Below are positions 18,536 through 28,621 of a DNA stretch of 64,000 bases, piece after piece (the stretch's first letter is position 1; each line of letters begins with the position of its first letter). Under the pieces are notes generated by a model that was not told the DNA's origin, searched no databases, and saw nothing but the letters and a program-made list of their open reading frames with translations. The position numbers and the translations under genes are program-made. The DNA is taken from assembly GCA_963662795.1 (NCBI GenBank), contig OY759746.1, positions 1,024,001-1,088,000 of the forward strand, read 5' to 3'. This stretch comes from Spirochaetia bacterium. GTDB taxonomy: Bacteria > Spirochaetota > Spirochaetia > CADAEX01.

Positions 18536-19677
18536 AACTGAATAAGTACGCGTTCATTTCAGCGCTTTATGCGCTTCTCATGTTTATATCACCGGCCCTT
18601 TGCGCAAAAGAATTTTATCTTGAAACTTGGAACAGTTTTCTCGATCTGCCGGACGGATTTGAGCCGATCGAAATTACAGATACCAAAGCGACTTTCGGCA
18701 CACAGGATGAAAGGATTTTCTTTCAGATAAAAGTGTATCCGCCTGAAACCTATGGATCTGCCCGGGAAATCCATAATGATGTAAAAAAGAAAATCTCCGC
18801 TGACGGCGACGGTGTTGATTTTTATTTAAATGATTCTGAATCTGTTTTTGCAGATTATTCATTTACACCGGGCGATATTCCTTACCGGGGATTTTCCGTT
18901 TTAATCAACGGAAAAAAGAGGGACTGGGTTATACTGTCATTCTGTGAAGAAGAAATCTACGGCAAAAGCAATTTCACCCTGCTCTCCGCGCTTGATTCCT
19001 TTTCCATGGATGAAAATTCCCTTTATAAGAGCGGGCCTGTAAGCAGTTTCTATGAGACATCATATGCGTCATCCGACATGGAATCCATCTCTGTTCCTTT
19101 TGAAAATGGAAAAACCGCGATCCAGGCGGACAAACACGCAATTGAAGCGTCAGAAGTTACGGCGGAAAGGGAAGCGGTTGTGCTATCAGGTTTTACGGCA
19201 GCCGACACAGACGCGTGGAGCCGTTTTTACAGGATGATATACAGGGATAACTATAAAAAACTGCAGCCTCTTTTTATGGAATTGCAGAAGGCAGGATTGA
19301 AAAGAAATACCGATTCTGCTGAGATATCAAAACGCCTTTTATCATGGCTTCAGGATTTTACCTACGCAAGAACAGGAACAATAGCTGATTTCTCCCCTCC
19401 CCTTGCAGCGCTGCGCGATTATGCAGGGGACTGCGATTCGCTGGGGCTCCTTTATGTGATTTTACTTAAGTATTACGGAATAGATTCAATTCTGATGGTA
19501 TCAGCTGAGTATTCCCACTCAATGGCAGCTGTAGACATACCCGGAACAGGGGCACGGTTTACTTTCAAAGGCAAAAAATATCTTGTCGCTGAAATGACTG
19601 AAAAGGTTGCTATCGGGCAGATAAACGCCGCCATGGCAGACCCCGCGAAATGGCTGGGGATAGAATTAAACAAATAA
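18532..19677 (+). CDS. Secreted transglutaminase-like (Cys-His-Asp) domain protein
   Basis: Signal peptide; GDCDS catalytic Cys followed by HSMAAV His and YLVAE; overlaps the upstream gene by 4 bp. Confidence 0.65.
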   Translation: MKLNKYAFISALYALLMFISPALCAKEFYLETWNSFLDLPDGFEPIEITDTKATFGTQDERIFFQIKVYPPETYGSAREIHNDVKKKISADGDGVDFYLNDSESVFADYSFTPGDIPYRGFSVLINGKKRDWVILSFCEEEIYGKSNFTLLSALDSFSMDENSLYKSGPVSSFYETSYASSDMESISVPFENGKTAIQADKHAIEASEVTAEREAVVLSGFTAADTDAWSRFYRMIYRDNYKKLQPLFMELQKAGLKRNTDSAEISKRLLSWLQDFTYARTGTIADFSPPLAALRDYAGDCDSLGLLYVILLKYYGIDSILMVSAEYSHSMAAVDIPGTGARFTFKGKKYLVAEMTEKVAIGQINAAMADPAKWLGIELNK

Positions 19678-19768
19678 ACATGAAAACCGGGAGTATGATT
19701 TATAGAGCAACCCTGTCCCTCCGGTAATTCCCGCATGCGAGCCAGGGATCTTCCCCAACCCCGGCAAT

Positions 19769-22180
19769 TCAGGGATTCAGGCAGATTTCCCTTACAGTTT
19801 TGAGCAGTTCGCTGCGCATAAAGGGTTTCTGGAGAAATGCCCTGATTCCGGATTGAAGTCCTTCCTTTACCCTTTCATCTTCCTTAAAGCCTGAAGTAAG
19901 CAGCACTCTCACTTTACTGTCAATTTTTACAAGCTCTTTGTATGTATCAAGCCCTGAAAGAAGAGGCATTGACATATCAAGAATAACAGCAGTTACCTCC
20001 CCATGATGTTCCCTGAAATACTCAAGCCCGGCAATACCGTTCTCGGCCTGAGCTGTTCTGTAACCGGCCGATTCAAGCATTTTTACCACAAGGTCACGAA
20101 TCAAAGGCTCATCATCGATAATCAGAACAAGTCCGGACCCTTTTATATTATATTTTTTCTGCGGTTCTGATTCGGTATCGGCGCTGACAAAATCCACAGC
20201 CGGAAAAGCAATGCTTATTTTTGTACCCAGGTCAGGCTCGGATTCAATCTCAATTTCGCCGTTATTTTGCTTTACAATACTTAAAACCATTGTGAGGCCC
20301 AGCCCGGTACCCTTTCCCCTTCCCTTTTCAGAGAAGAACGGATCAAAAACTTTTGTCAGATTTTCTTTTGTGATCCCTTTTCCCGTGTCCTTTACGGTAA
20401 TTTTCCAGAAATCAGTATCTTTATTATAATTTGCATGATATTCAAGATCCACAGACAGTATCCCCCCTTCCTGACTGTTGTCGCTTCTCATCACTGTCAT
20501 TGCATCGTGTCCGTTTATGCAAAGGTTTAAAAGCCCCTGTTCAATCTGTGCCGGATCACCCTGGATAAGAGTGTTTCCATCAGGAAGATTTGCAGCAAAT
20601 ACCACCCTTTTGTCAAATGTAGTTTCACATATTTTTTTTACCCGCTGAATTGAATCCTTAAGGTCAAAAATAATTGTCTGATTCTCTCTCTTGCTTGAGA
20701 GGGTTAACAGCTGATTAACGACATCAGCTCCTCTTTCCGCCGATTTCTCTATTATATCAACATAGTGTTCAAGCTGATCAATCCCCGATTTTTCTTCAAT
20801 AATGGAATACCTGATAAGTGATGCGGCGCCTGTTATGCCTCCAAGAATATTATTAAAATCATGGGCAAGCCCTCCGGCAAGAATTCCTACAGTCTCAAGT
20901 TTGTGTGACTTCCTCAGCTGTTCTTCTGTTTTTTTCTGTTCTGTAATATCCCTGCATATCCAGAGAGAATTGTTCTTGTCATACGGAAAGACCCTTGCCT
21001 CAAACGTAAGATCCCCTGCGGGAACAGTGATGTCATATTCTGTGATTGCCGTTTTCCTGTTTTCACAGACATCCCGGAGAATTACCTTAACCTCTTTTTT
21101 AAAGCTGTCGCTGAAAGGCAGGTCATAGAGATAACAGCCAATTAATTTATCGGGAGGCTCTGCAAGAAGGTCAGGGTCATTATGCTTTAAATCCAGGTAT
21201 TTGCCGTAAGGGTCAAGAATAAAATAAAGGTCAGGCAGGGCATCCAGAAGCTGTCTGTTTTTTTCTTCACTGTAGGCAAGATGCTCAACTGTTGTTTTTA
21301 ATTCAATATTATTTATAATCAGTTTTTTATTCAGGATTTTATTGAGAACCGCAAGAATCAGTATAACAGCAAGAACCGCAGCAGTGATTAACAATCCCGG
21401 GAGCAGGATTTTTTTCCACCTGATAAATTCTTCAATACGGACGCCCAGCCATTTTGTATTAATATCCCTGTATTCTTTTGCAGGTATCGCGGAAAATCCC
21501 CTTTCCACAGTCTGAAGCATTATACTGTTCCCTTTTGCAACAGCGCGATGGAATCTGCCGGTTGAAAGGGTAAAAGAGCTCCTGAATTCGCTGTACGGGC
21601 CGGACTTGTAGAGAAAATAATGGACAGGCGGCTCATCAGCGCAGAAAACCTTTACTTCTCCGTTTACAGCGCCGTTTATTAAATCCCTGTAATTATCATA
21701 ATACACAAGATGTTCTATGTTGCCGGCTTTCAATGTATCAACAACCGCATCCCCGATTTTAACTCCGACAGAAAAACCCCTCAGCGACTTTATATCAGTA
21801 ATTCCTCCGATCAGGTTATGGGTAAATACCTTTACTTTAATCTCTGCATAGGGCCTGGAATAATCAAATAAACGGGCCCTTTCTTCCGTATAAAAAAGGG
21901 TATCAATTACATCCCCGTTGCCCAGTTTCATCTCTTCCTGGGCAAGAAACCAGTCCATTCCCTTAAGATTAACAGCTATACCTGTTTTTTCCTCCCAGCG
22001 CTTCCACTGATCTGCAATTATTCCGATCAGCTTTCCGTCACCATCCCTGAATATATAGGGCGGATAATTATCATCAATAAGTACCGTGATTTCCTTTACC
22101 GGAGTTTCCATATCCTGTGAATAAATATTGGCAGTCAGGACGGCAAAGATCAGGATCATGAATATTTTTACTGTTTTCAT
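19769..22180 (-). CDS. Hybrid sensor histidine kinase (periplasmic amino-acid-binding SBP3 domain, TM, PAS, HisKA, HATPase, receiver)
   Basis: NYPPY SBP domain, AHDFNNIL H-box, DTGKGI/FDPFF/GTGLGL and the receiver motifs IIDDE, LDMSMP and KP. Confidence 0.93.
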   Translation of the reverse strand: MKTVKIFMILIFAVLTANIYSQDMETPVKEITVLIDDNYPPYIFRDGDGKLIGIIADQWKRWEEKTGIAVNLKGMDWFLAQEEMKLGNGDVIDTLFYTEERARLFDYSRPYAEIKVKVFTHNLIGGITDIKSLRGFSVGVKIGDAVVDTLKAGNIEHLVYYDNYRDLINGAVNGEVKVFCADEPPVHYFLYKSGPYSEFRSSFTLSTGRFHRAVAKGNSIMLQTVERGFSAIPAKEYRDINTKWLGVRIEEFIRWKKILLPGLLITAAVLAVILILAVLNKILNKKLIINNIELKTTVEHLAYSEEKNRQLLDALPDLYFILDPYGKYLDLKHNDPDLLAEPPDKLIGCYLYDLPFSDSFKKEVKVILRDVCENRKTAITEYDITVPAGDLTFEARVFPYDKNNSLWICRDITEQKKTEEQLRKSHKLETVGILAGGLAHDFNNILGGITGAASLIRYSIIEEKSGIDQLEHYVDIIEKSAERGADVVNQLLTLSSKRENQTIIFDLKDSIQRVKKICETTFDKRVVFAANLPDGNTLIQGDPAQIEQGLLNLCINGHDAMTVMRSDNSQEGGILSVDLEYHANYNKDTDFWKITVKDTGKGITKENLTKVFDPFFSEKGRGKGTGLGLTMVLSIVKQNNGEIEIESEPDLGTKISIAFPAVDFVSADTESEPQKKYNIKGSGLVLIIDDEPLIRDLVVKMLESAGYRTAQAENGIAGLEYFREHHGEVTAVILDMSMPLLSGLDTYKELVKIDSKVRVLLTSGFKEDERVKEGLQSGIRAFLQKPFMRSELLKTVREICLNP

Positions 22181-22181
22181 T

Positions 22182-22373
22182 TCATTTTATTATCCGGACC
22201 CTTCCGACATCCCCGGACTGAAGCCTTACCTTTATCCCGTGCGGATGGAATGAGGAGTTTGTGAGAATGTCCTTTACAACCCCGTCGGTGAGTTTCCCTG
22301 TTCTTTGATCAGCTTTAAGCACAATGCTTACCTCTGAGCCGATTTTAACATCATTTCTGCTTTTTCCGTCCAT
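22182..22373 (-). CDS. YwbE-family small protein (DUF2196)
   Basis: VLKADQRTGKLTDGVVKDILT.S..HPHGIKVRL..G.VGRV matches this family as I recall it. Confidence 0.85.
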   Translation of the reverse strand: MDGKSRNDVKIGSEVSIVLKADQRTGKLTDGVVKDILTNSSFHPHGIKVRLQSGDVGRVRIIK

Positions 22374-22485
22374 ATATTATTTTTCCTTGTTTTTTACCAG
22401 ATTGTTCATCATAATGCTATCAATGTCCACAGTATAAGGCTGCTGCCTGTTCTGGCGCAAGATTAAATTCAGGATAATTTCAACC

Positions 22486-23718
22486 GTGAATAAATTGGAA
22501 ATGCAGAAAGAAAAACTGATGGGAAACATCGGTAAAAACTATATCTATACCCTTTTTTTCAACCTGAACCTTACAAGAGGCCTGTGGATGATATATCTTG
22601 CCGGCAAGGGATTCTCTCTCCTTGAACTTGGTATTTTTGAAGGGACTTTTCATGCCACTTCTTTTCTTATGGAAGTGCCGACAGGGGTGGTTGCAGACCT
22701 GTGGGGAAGAAAAACAAGCAGACTGTGCGGGAGAGTGCTGTTTTTAATAAGCCTGTTCATAATGCTTTTATCAGATAATTTTTATATTCAGCTGTCAGGG
22801 TTTATTCTGTGCGCTATGGGCTACAATCTTGAATCAGGCGCAGGGGAAGCCCTTGTCTATGATTCGCTGCTGCTGGCGGGCAACGAGGCTAAATATAAAT
22901 CGATAGCAGGAAGGCAGGAGCTGATTCTGCAATGCGGATTTATAAGCTCATATCTTCTTGGAGGATATCTGGCGGTGAGAAATTTCCCGGCAGTTTATTT
23001 CATGAGTATTATTTTTTCTGCCGCATCCTTTCTTACTGCCCTTGCCTTTATTGAACCTGTAATAAGCGAAAACAGAGAAAAGAAAAGTTTTTCATTAAAA
23101 AATATTGCAGCTTCAATGTATAATCAGACGCGGGAAAGCATTCTTGCAGTAAAAAGACGCCCGAGGATAGCATTTCTGATACTTTTTTCCGAAATAATAT
23201 TTACATTTCTCACAAGCCTGTTTTTTTATCTGCAGAATTACTGGAAAGGAACCGGATTAAGCGAATTCTCCATTGGTATCATATTTGCGGTGGCAGCGCT
23301 GACGGCAGGTATTACAGGATATAATGCGCAGGCAATAGAAAAAACTATTGGGGAAAAAGGAGTACTTCTATTCATGCCGCTGATACTTGTTCTTTGTTTA
23401 TGGGGCATAGCGATCACCAGATTCAAGGGACTATTCTTTATTCTTACAGGGATAATTGAGGGCATACTTGTCGTCGCGATAAGCGATTACATCAACCGCC
23501 TTATTCCAAGCGAAAGAAGGGCGACTGTCCTCTCATTTCAGGCCATGGCATTCAGTTTTTTCATGCTGATCTTTTTCCCTGCAATAGGATGGATCGGAGA
23601 CTCTTTTTCCCTTGATATCTCTTTTCTTTTTCTTGCCGTATCCGGATCAGCATTGACAGCAGTCTATTTTGTAACTTTTAAAACATGGATAACCGCGGAA
23701 CAAAAAAAAGCTGTCTGA
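22486..23718 (+). CDS. MFS transporter
   Basis: About 12 TM helices; EVPTGVVADLWGRK (motif A) and IPSERRATVLS. Confidence 0.9.
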   Translation: MNKLEMQKEKLMGNIGKNYIYTLFFNLNLTRGLWMIYLAGKGFSLLELGIFEGTFHATSFLMEVPTGVVADLWGRKTSRLCGRVLFLISLFIMLLSDNFYIQLSGFILCAMGYNLESGAGEALVYDSLLLAGNEAKYKSIAGRQELILQCGFISSYLLGGYLAVRNFPAVYFMSIIFSAASFLTALAFIEPVISENREKKSFSLKNIAASMYNQTRESILAVKRRPRIAFLILFSEIIFTFLTSLFFYLQNYWKGTGLSEFSIGIIFAVAALTAGITGYNAQAIEKTIGEKGVLLFMPLILVLCLWGIAITRFKGLFFILTGIIEGILVVAISDYINRLIPSERRATVLSFQAMAFSFFMLIFFPAIGWIGDSFSLDISFLFLAVSGSALTAVYFVTFKTWITAEQKKAV

Positions 23719-23742
23719 GCTATAAACGCCCGGACAGCTTTT
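23702..23742. terminator. Bidirectional terminator between convergent genes
   Basis: AAAAGCTGTC...GACAGCTTTT inverted repeat flanked by A and T runs. Confidence 0.7.
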
Positions 23743-23760
23743 ATGATTTTGAAATTAATA

Positions 23761-24543
23761 TTACTTTATCGGCGTTCCGAAAGTGCCGCCGAGTGCAAAA
23801 GCGCGGTTCTCATCAAGCGCGTCAGTTACAATAGCGTCAATAACAAACTTGAATTTTGATAAGGCTGGGATACTTGCCATATCAATCCTGATTCCAGTGT
23901 TAAATGCTCCGCGGTAATTTGCGTCTGCTCCGAATGCGTCAAGGCTGTATGAAAAGTTTGAGAAATCATTTATCCAGTGGATGTAGTTTTTGAAAGTTTC
24001 CGGAAAAAGGAGAAGGTCAAACCCCATTCCGAAGTCTATGTTTTCATCAACCGCAATATCCCCGAATGTTTTACCTACAACTACAGTTGTCTCTGCAGGC
24101 ATTTTAAAGAAAGTACCGGGATATGTTGTTGAAAGGTATACCTGGGTCGCATTTTCATCCTGGTCAAACCTCTTAAGGCTCTGGTAGTTCATACCTATTG
24201 CAACTGCCGAAGAACTTTTTACAGGCAGCTGTACCTTTGCGTTAAACAGGATATCGGAATTTTCAGAATCCACCTGGCTGTCATAGGCGGCGGCAGCCTC
24301 AACAATATTGAACATACTTACAGAAACCTTGGAAATATGTGTTGTGTCAGGATCGTCCATAATCGCGTGATATCCCGCGTCAACTCCGAAATCAGACGAT
24401 TTTTCCCACCCTATCCTTGCAGACGGTATAGTTATTAAACCGGTCGCCCCGTTAAGTGACATCCCCTTTGCGCTCTGCGCCGTAACCGGCACTGCAGCTG
24501 TTAAAACTATCAGAAAAATAATCAAGATACTTTTGTTTCTCAT
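23761..24543 (-). CDS. Putative outer-membrane beta-barrel protein (YjbH-like N-terminus)
   Basis: Signal peptide, GATGLITIPSA motif and amphipathic beta-strand pattern. Confidence 0.5.
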   Translation of the reverse strand: MRNKSILIIFLIVLTAAVPVTAQSAKGMSLNGATGLITIPSARIGWEKSSDFGVDAGYHAIMDDPDTTHISKVSVSMFNIVEAAAAYDSQVDSENSDILFNAKVQLPVKSSSAVAIGMNYQSLKRFDQDENATQVYLSTTYPGTFFKMPAETTVVVGKTFGDIAVDENIDFGMGFDLLLFPETFKNYIHWINDFSNFSYSLDAFGADANYRGAFNTGIRIDMASIPALSKFKFVIDAIVTDALDENRAFALGGTFGTPIK

Positions 24544-24661
24544 AATTCAACTCCTGGTTAGCATGTATCCTTATTTTAAAATACTTGCCGTCCAATATCA
24601 ATAGTTTTTTAATGAGAGTCAAAAATGGCAAACAGCTTTAACAGCCGCCCGGAAATAAAAA

Positions 24662-25021
24662 TCATTCAGACACTGTTAAGTTCCCGAACATGCCCATTTT
24701 TCTGTGATTTCCAACGCTGCAGTAAAACTCAAATACCCCGGTCTTATCTGCCTTGAATTCAAAGGTTTCAGATTCTCCCGTTTTGATCTGTTTTGTGCGT
24801 ACCATAAATTCATCAATAACAAGATCGTGAAATCCCCCGGCGTTGGTAAAGGTAATCCTTACGGTATCACCTTTACTGACGTTGATTTCATTGGGAGTGA
24901 ACGTTAATCCCTTGTTTGTTATATTTATTTCCTTAACGCCAGAGGCTTTCATCTCCTGTGCAGTTAAAGGAACCAGCATTAAAATAAGCCCTGTTAAAAT
25001 CAGTATAATTATTTTTTTCAT
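24662..25021 (-). CDS. Exported cupredoxin (type-1 blue copper) protein
   Basis: Signal peptide; FTPNEINV.KGDTV.ITF.N...HD and FYCSVGNHRKMGM give the His/Cys/His/Met ligand set. Confidence 0.85.
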   Translation of the reverse strand: MKKIIILILTGLILMLVPLTAQEMKASGVKEINITNKGLTFTPNEINVSKGDTVRITFTNAGGFHDLVIDEFMVRTKQIKTGESETFEFKADKTGVFEFYCSVGNHRKMGMFGNLTVSE

Positions 25022-25027
25022 ACTAAT

Positions 25028-25056
25028 ATGATAGGAATTAAAATTTCAAAAGTCAA
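25028..25056 (-). promoter_or_regulatory. Sigma70 promoter, leaderless geometry (cupredoxin)
   Basis: TTGACT-17 bp-TATCAT-6 nt-ATG, with no SD. Confidence 0.65.
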
Positions 25057-25101
25057 ATTAATAATTAATCCAGTAAAATCCATAAAAAAGTGAAGGAGCA
25101 G

Positions 25102-26928
25102 TTATGAAAGGTTCTCTTCGGAATAAATCTGAAGTTCAATCATCCTCTCAAGGAGCTGTTCCTTTGATAATTCTGGAAAATTTTCAAGCACAAGCTCCTT
25201 GGTAAAAATTTTTGAAATATATTTTAATTTCCGCGTTTTATTCCTGGAAGCATATATAAAATCAGCATGTCCGTTGTTTATTATTATGATATACCTGTCG
25301 TTGTCAAAGCGGCTTCGCCAGAGTTCTCCGGGAGCTTTAAGATAGGTATAGCCGGGAAGCCCTTTCCTGTTGCTGTCCGCGGCAGAAGAATTATCATCTT
25401 TTTTAAGCAGCTCTTCTGTAACAGTAATAATGCATTCTGCTTCACAGTCCACTTCATATTGTGAGACAATTGCCCTGATTATGACAATGCAAGGTTCATT
25501 CGGAGCTGTAAAATTAATAAACTCCCTATCAGGATTATTTATAATCCCATCGCCTTCTTTAACGGCCCATTTTACTGAATAGCCGGAATCGAGCTGTCGT
25601 TTGTTTTTATCCCTTGCGATAATCTTGAGTTTCCTTGTCTCTCCGACACCTGTTATGATCGATGCCGGCGAGATAATGGCGGAATAGAGCGCTCCCGCTA
25701 TCTCAAAAAAATCTTTCTGCTCTTTCAGGCTGTCTGTTTCTTCGGAAGAGGAGGCTATATAAACAGGTTTTGTCTGATCCTGTAGCTCCCCATCGTTCCC
25801 AATATTTTTATTTTCCGTTTCATTTCCGACAACCTGGATTTTGGTTTTTCTGGGAATGGAAAGCCACCCGTATTCATCCTCAGGGAGGAAATTAAGCGCC
25901 TCCTGTATTGCCTTTGATATCCTGTGAAGTATGTTTTTGCTTGTCTTTTCTTCTTCCGCCTTTTTCTGCTCTTCAACCACTTCCGCAACCGCTTCTGTAA
26001 GATTATGCATCGAGTAAATAAAACTTTCAAAAGCGTCATCGAGGATTATCCCGTCCCGTGTTCCGGGAGTCAACTGAAGGAATGAAACATCTATCATCCC
26101 TTCAAGATAGGGAGAGTTCCACGGGTGTTCGTTAAAATAGTCTATTTTTTTTATCGATGGAAGGACCCTGGTTCCCTGTTTGTAAAGCGATATCTCATTA
26201 TCAGATGAAGGTTCATTGAGGTATAGTTCATAATATATCTCGCCCAGCGGGCTTCTTGTTTCCGGCAGTGAATGAAGAAGCCTTCCTTTAAATTTTCTGG
26301 GTTCAACAATGAGTTCCTTCCGGCTTTTTCTGTCTAATACCTTAATTAACACACCTGTTTTGATTATTCTGTCCCTCAGCTCACTTGCAAGATAATTCTG
26401 TATTTTTTCAACAGAGAGCTGCTTTACTCCCGAAAGGAGAGGCTGGATAAGAAGTTCTGTACCGCTTTTTTCTATAAGCGTTCTTACATCATCAATCCGG
26501 TATCCGGGATTCCCTTTTACCAGGTTCATACGTCTGACAACCCCGTCGCTGCCGGAGGATGTCAATGTAAGTTCCTCACCTACCGTCCAGAAACTTAAAA
26601 GTCCGATTCCGAATTCTCCCTGGAGACCTTTTACCCCCTGAAGTTTCAGTTTCCGCTTGATTGAATCACCGATATGGGTCGCGACATATTTAAAATCGTT
26701 TATCCCATCCCCGTCATCAATAATTTTGATATATGATTCATTCCTTTTTTTGCCACGGAGAATTGTTATACTTTTCGCTTTCGCATCGATGCTGTTTTCA
26801 ACAAATTCGGCTATCGCCTTGAGCGGATTATTCTGCGAAAGGGCTATAATTGTTATGGCATTCCAGTTGTTTCCGATTTTAAGTTTTCCGGTGTTCTCCC
26901 CGTGTTTCATTTTTTCAGGTACTGTCAT
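25102..26928 (-). CDS. Uncharacterised GHKL ATPase (HATPase_c_3; MORC/Hsp90-like)
   Basis: AIAEFVENSIDA (N-box), DDGDG (G1), GEFGIG (G2) and GT motifs, then an S5-like region, coiled coil, Ig-like segment and a C-terminal IIINNGH motif. Confidence 0.8.
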   Translation of the reverse strand: MTVPEKMKHGENTGKLKIGNNWNAITIIALSQNNPLKAIAEFVENSIDAKAKSITILRGKKRNESYIKIIDDGDGINDFKYVATHIGDSIKRKLKLQGVKGLQGEFGIGLLSFWTVGEELTLTSSGSDGVVRRMNLVKGNPGYRIDDVRTLIEKSGTELLIQPLLSGVKQLSVEKIQNYLASELRDRIIKTGVLIKVLDRKSRKELIVEPRKFKGRLLHSLPETRSPLGEIYYELYLNEPSSDNEISLYKQGTRVLPSIKKIDYFNEHPWNSPYLEGMIDVSFLQLTPGTRDGIILDDAFESFIYSMHNLTEAVAEVVEEQKKAEEEKTSKNILHRISKAIQEALNFLPEDEYGWLSIPRKTKIQVVGNETENKNIGNDGELQDQTKPVYIASSSEETDSLKEQKDFFEIAGALYSAIISPASIITGVGETRKLKIIARDKNKRQLDSGYSVKWAVKEGDGIINNPDREFINFTAPNEPCIVIIRAIVSQYEVDCEAECIITVTEELLKKDDNSSAADSNRKGLPGYTYLKAPGELWRSRFDNDRYIIIINNGHADFIYASRNKTRKLKYISKIFTKELVLENFPELSKEQLLERMIELQIYSEENLS

Positions 26929-26988
26929 ATATCGACTATATTATGAGTTGTAATATTTTAAAAGACATAACTGTAAAATTCCACGTTC

Positions 26989-28497
26989 CTAATGAATCCT
27001 TACCCCCTGCTCTGTAAGAATCTTCTGCACTTCTGCAATATCAACATTCCCCGTAGTTTTTCCTGTCCTGAGGGAAACAGCAGCCGCGATTCCTGCACCC
27101 TGACCTGTTACTGTGCAGGCCATCATGTTCCGCATGGCACAGTGCGAAACTTTATCGCCTGCGGAGCATCTTCCTGCAACAAGGAGGTTATCAACATCAA
27201 GAGGAAGCAGGCAGCCGTAAGGAACTTCAAAATAGCGGCCTGTTGTCGGCAATATAAGGATATTGTAACCATCAAGGAATTCAGGGAAAATCCCGATCGA
27301 ATCGCCAAATTTGCCCTCTCCCCTCACATCATCGCCGGTAAGGTTATAGCGGCCTATAATTTTGCGGGAATCCCTGCATCCAAGTGTCATTCCGAAATTC
27401 CGCAGCTTTGCTTTCTCAAAACCGGGGACTACCTTTTTCAGGGCGGCAATGGCATGAAGGGTTTCCGCCCTTCCCTGCATTTCCGCCCTGGTTAAATCGA
27501 AAACATCAGTGCAGTCAATCCCTTTCATGTGCACAAGATTGAGGTTTGTAGCCTCCCCCGCATCAGTCAGGGCGGACCATGTCCCGCCTAAATTCCCGCT
27601 GCCGGCCGGAAAAACACCGAGTTCACGTGCTTTTTCAAACTCTTTTTCAAGATAAGGGCTCCTCAGGGCATCTTCCTTGCCTGTTGTTTCCTGGTCCCAG
27701 ACCCGGCTCCAGTCTGCATAGGTAGCCTTGTTCTTTTCGGTATATTTTAAAAATTTCTTTTTATCAACGCCGCTGCAGCTGAAAACTGTCGTTACCCCCA
27801 TCATCTCTTCCCTTGCAGTCTTGCGGCAGGGGGCTCCGGCGAGGTATGCAATATCAGCATCCCCGGTGCAGTCTATAACCCGCTTTGCGAGAATTGCCAG
27901 GCGCCCTGATTTGCTCTCTGTGATCACTCCGGCAATCCGGTTCTTATCCATTATTGCCTCTACCGCAAGACAATGAAGAACAGGCCTAACTCCGGTTTCC
28001 CGGATGAGATGGTCGGCGACAATTTTGAAAAAATCAGCATCAAGACATTCACTGTCATTATATGGCCATTTAACAGTACCGCCCATTCCGGCCGCAAGTT
28101 TTTCCATCTCCCGGCCTATTCCATTGGACTCAACTGTCCCTTCATAACGGTACCAGCCGAGCGTTTCCATTCCTACAGTTGTTATAACTCCGCCGAAGCA
28201 GCCGTAGCGCTCCATCAGGATAGTGTCGGCTCCTGCCCGTTTCGCAGAGAGAGCCGCTGAAAGGCCGGCCGGCCCTCCCCCTATGACAAGGACCTCGCAT
28301 TCTGCCAGGACAGGCACTTTTCTCTCCGGTTCGTATATATCTGATCTGCCGTGTTTTACAGGAAGACTTTCATTTCTTTTGTAAACAGTCTCTCTTTCAG
28401 GGTTGCCTCTTGTATTTTCCTGTTTAATTCCCGCCCAGCGGCTTATCATCCGCAGTATACTGCTTTCATATTTTTCTTCTTTATTTTTTTTATCCAT
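26989..28497 (-). CDS. FAD-dependent oxidoreductase (FAD_oxidored/PF12831 type)
   Basis: VIGGGPAG, IDCTGDAD, VPYGCLLP..VDNLLVAGRC and GQGAGIAAA motifs. Start moved to ATG 28497 (GGAG RBS). Confidence 0.88.
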   Translation of the reverse strand: MDKKNKEEKYESSILRMISRWAGIKQENTRGNPERETVYKRNESLPVKHGRSDIYEPERKVPVLAECEVLVIGGGPAGLSAALSAKRAGADTILMERYGCFGGVITTVGMETLGWYRYEGTVESNGIGREMEKLAAGMGGTVKWPYNDSECLDADFFKIVADHLIRETGVRPVLHCLAVEAIMDKNRIAGVITESKSGRLAILAKRVIDCTGDADIAYLAGAPCRKTAREEMMGVTTVFSCSGVDKKKFLKYTEKNKATYADWSRVWDQETTGKEDALRSPYLEKEFEKARELGVFPAGSGNLGGTWSALTDAGEATNLNLVHMKGIDCTDVFDLTRAEMQGRAETLHAIAALKKVVPGFEKAKLRNFGMTLGCRDSRKIIGRYNLTGDDVRGEGKFGDSIGIFPEFLDGYNILILPTTGRYFEVPYGCLLPLDVDNLLVAGRCSAGDKVSHCAMRNMMACTVTGQGAGIAAAVSLRTGKTTGNVDIAEVQKILTEQGVRIH

Positions 28498-28621
28498 ATC
28501 AACAACTCCACATGCCTTATCCGGTATAAAAATTATACAACATAAGATCAGTTTTTTCGGGCAGGGTACCAAATATTTATTATTATTTTTTACTTTTTAT
28601 CGTGCACAGCCGGACGGAGAA

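Noticed and set aside
26989-28621. FAD oxidoreductase as a definite member of the dsdA operon
   Set aside because: The 124-bp gap contains its own TATAAT (28532-28537) and an RBS, so membership is possible but unsupported.
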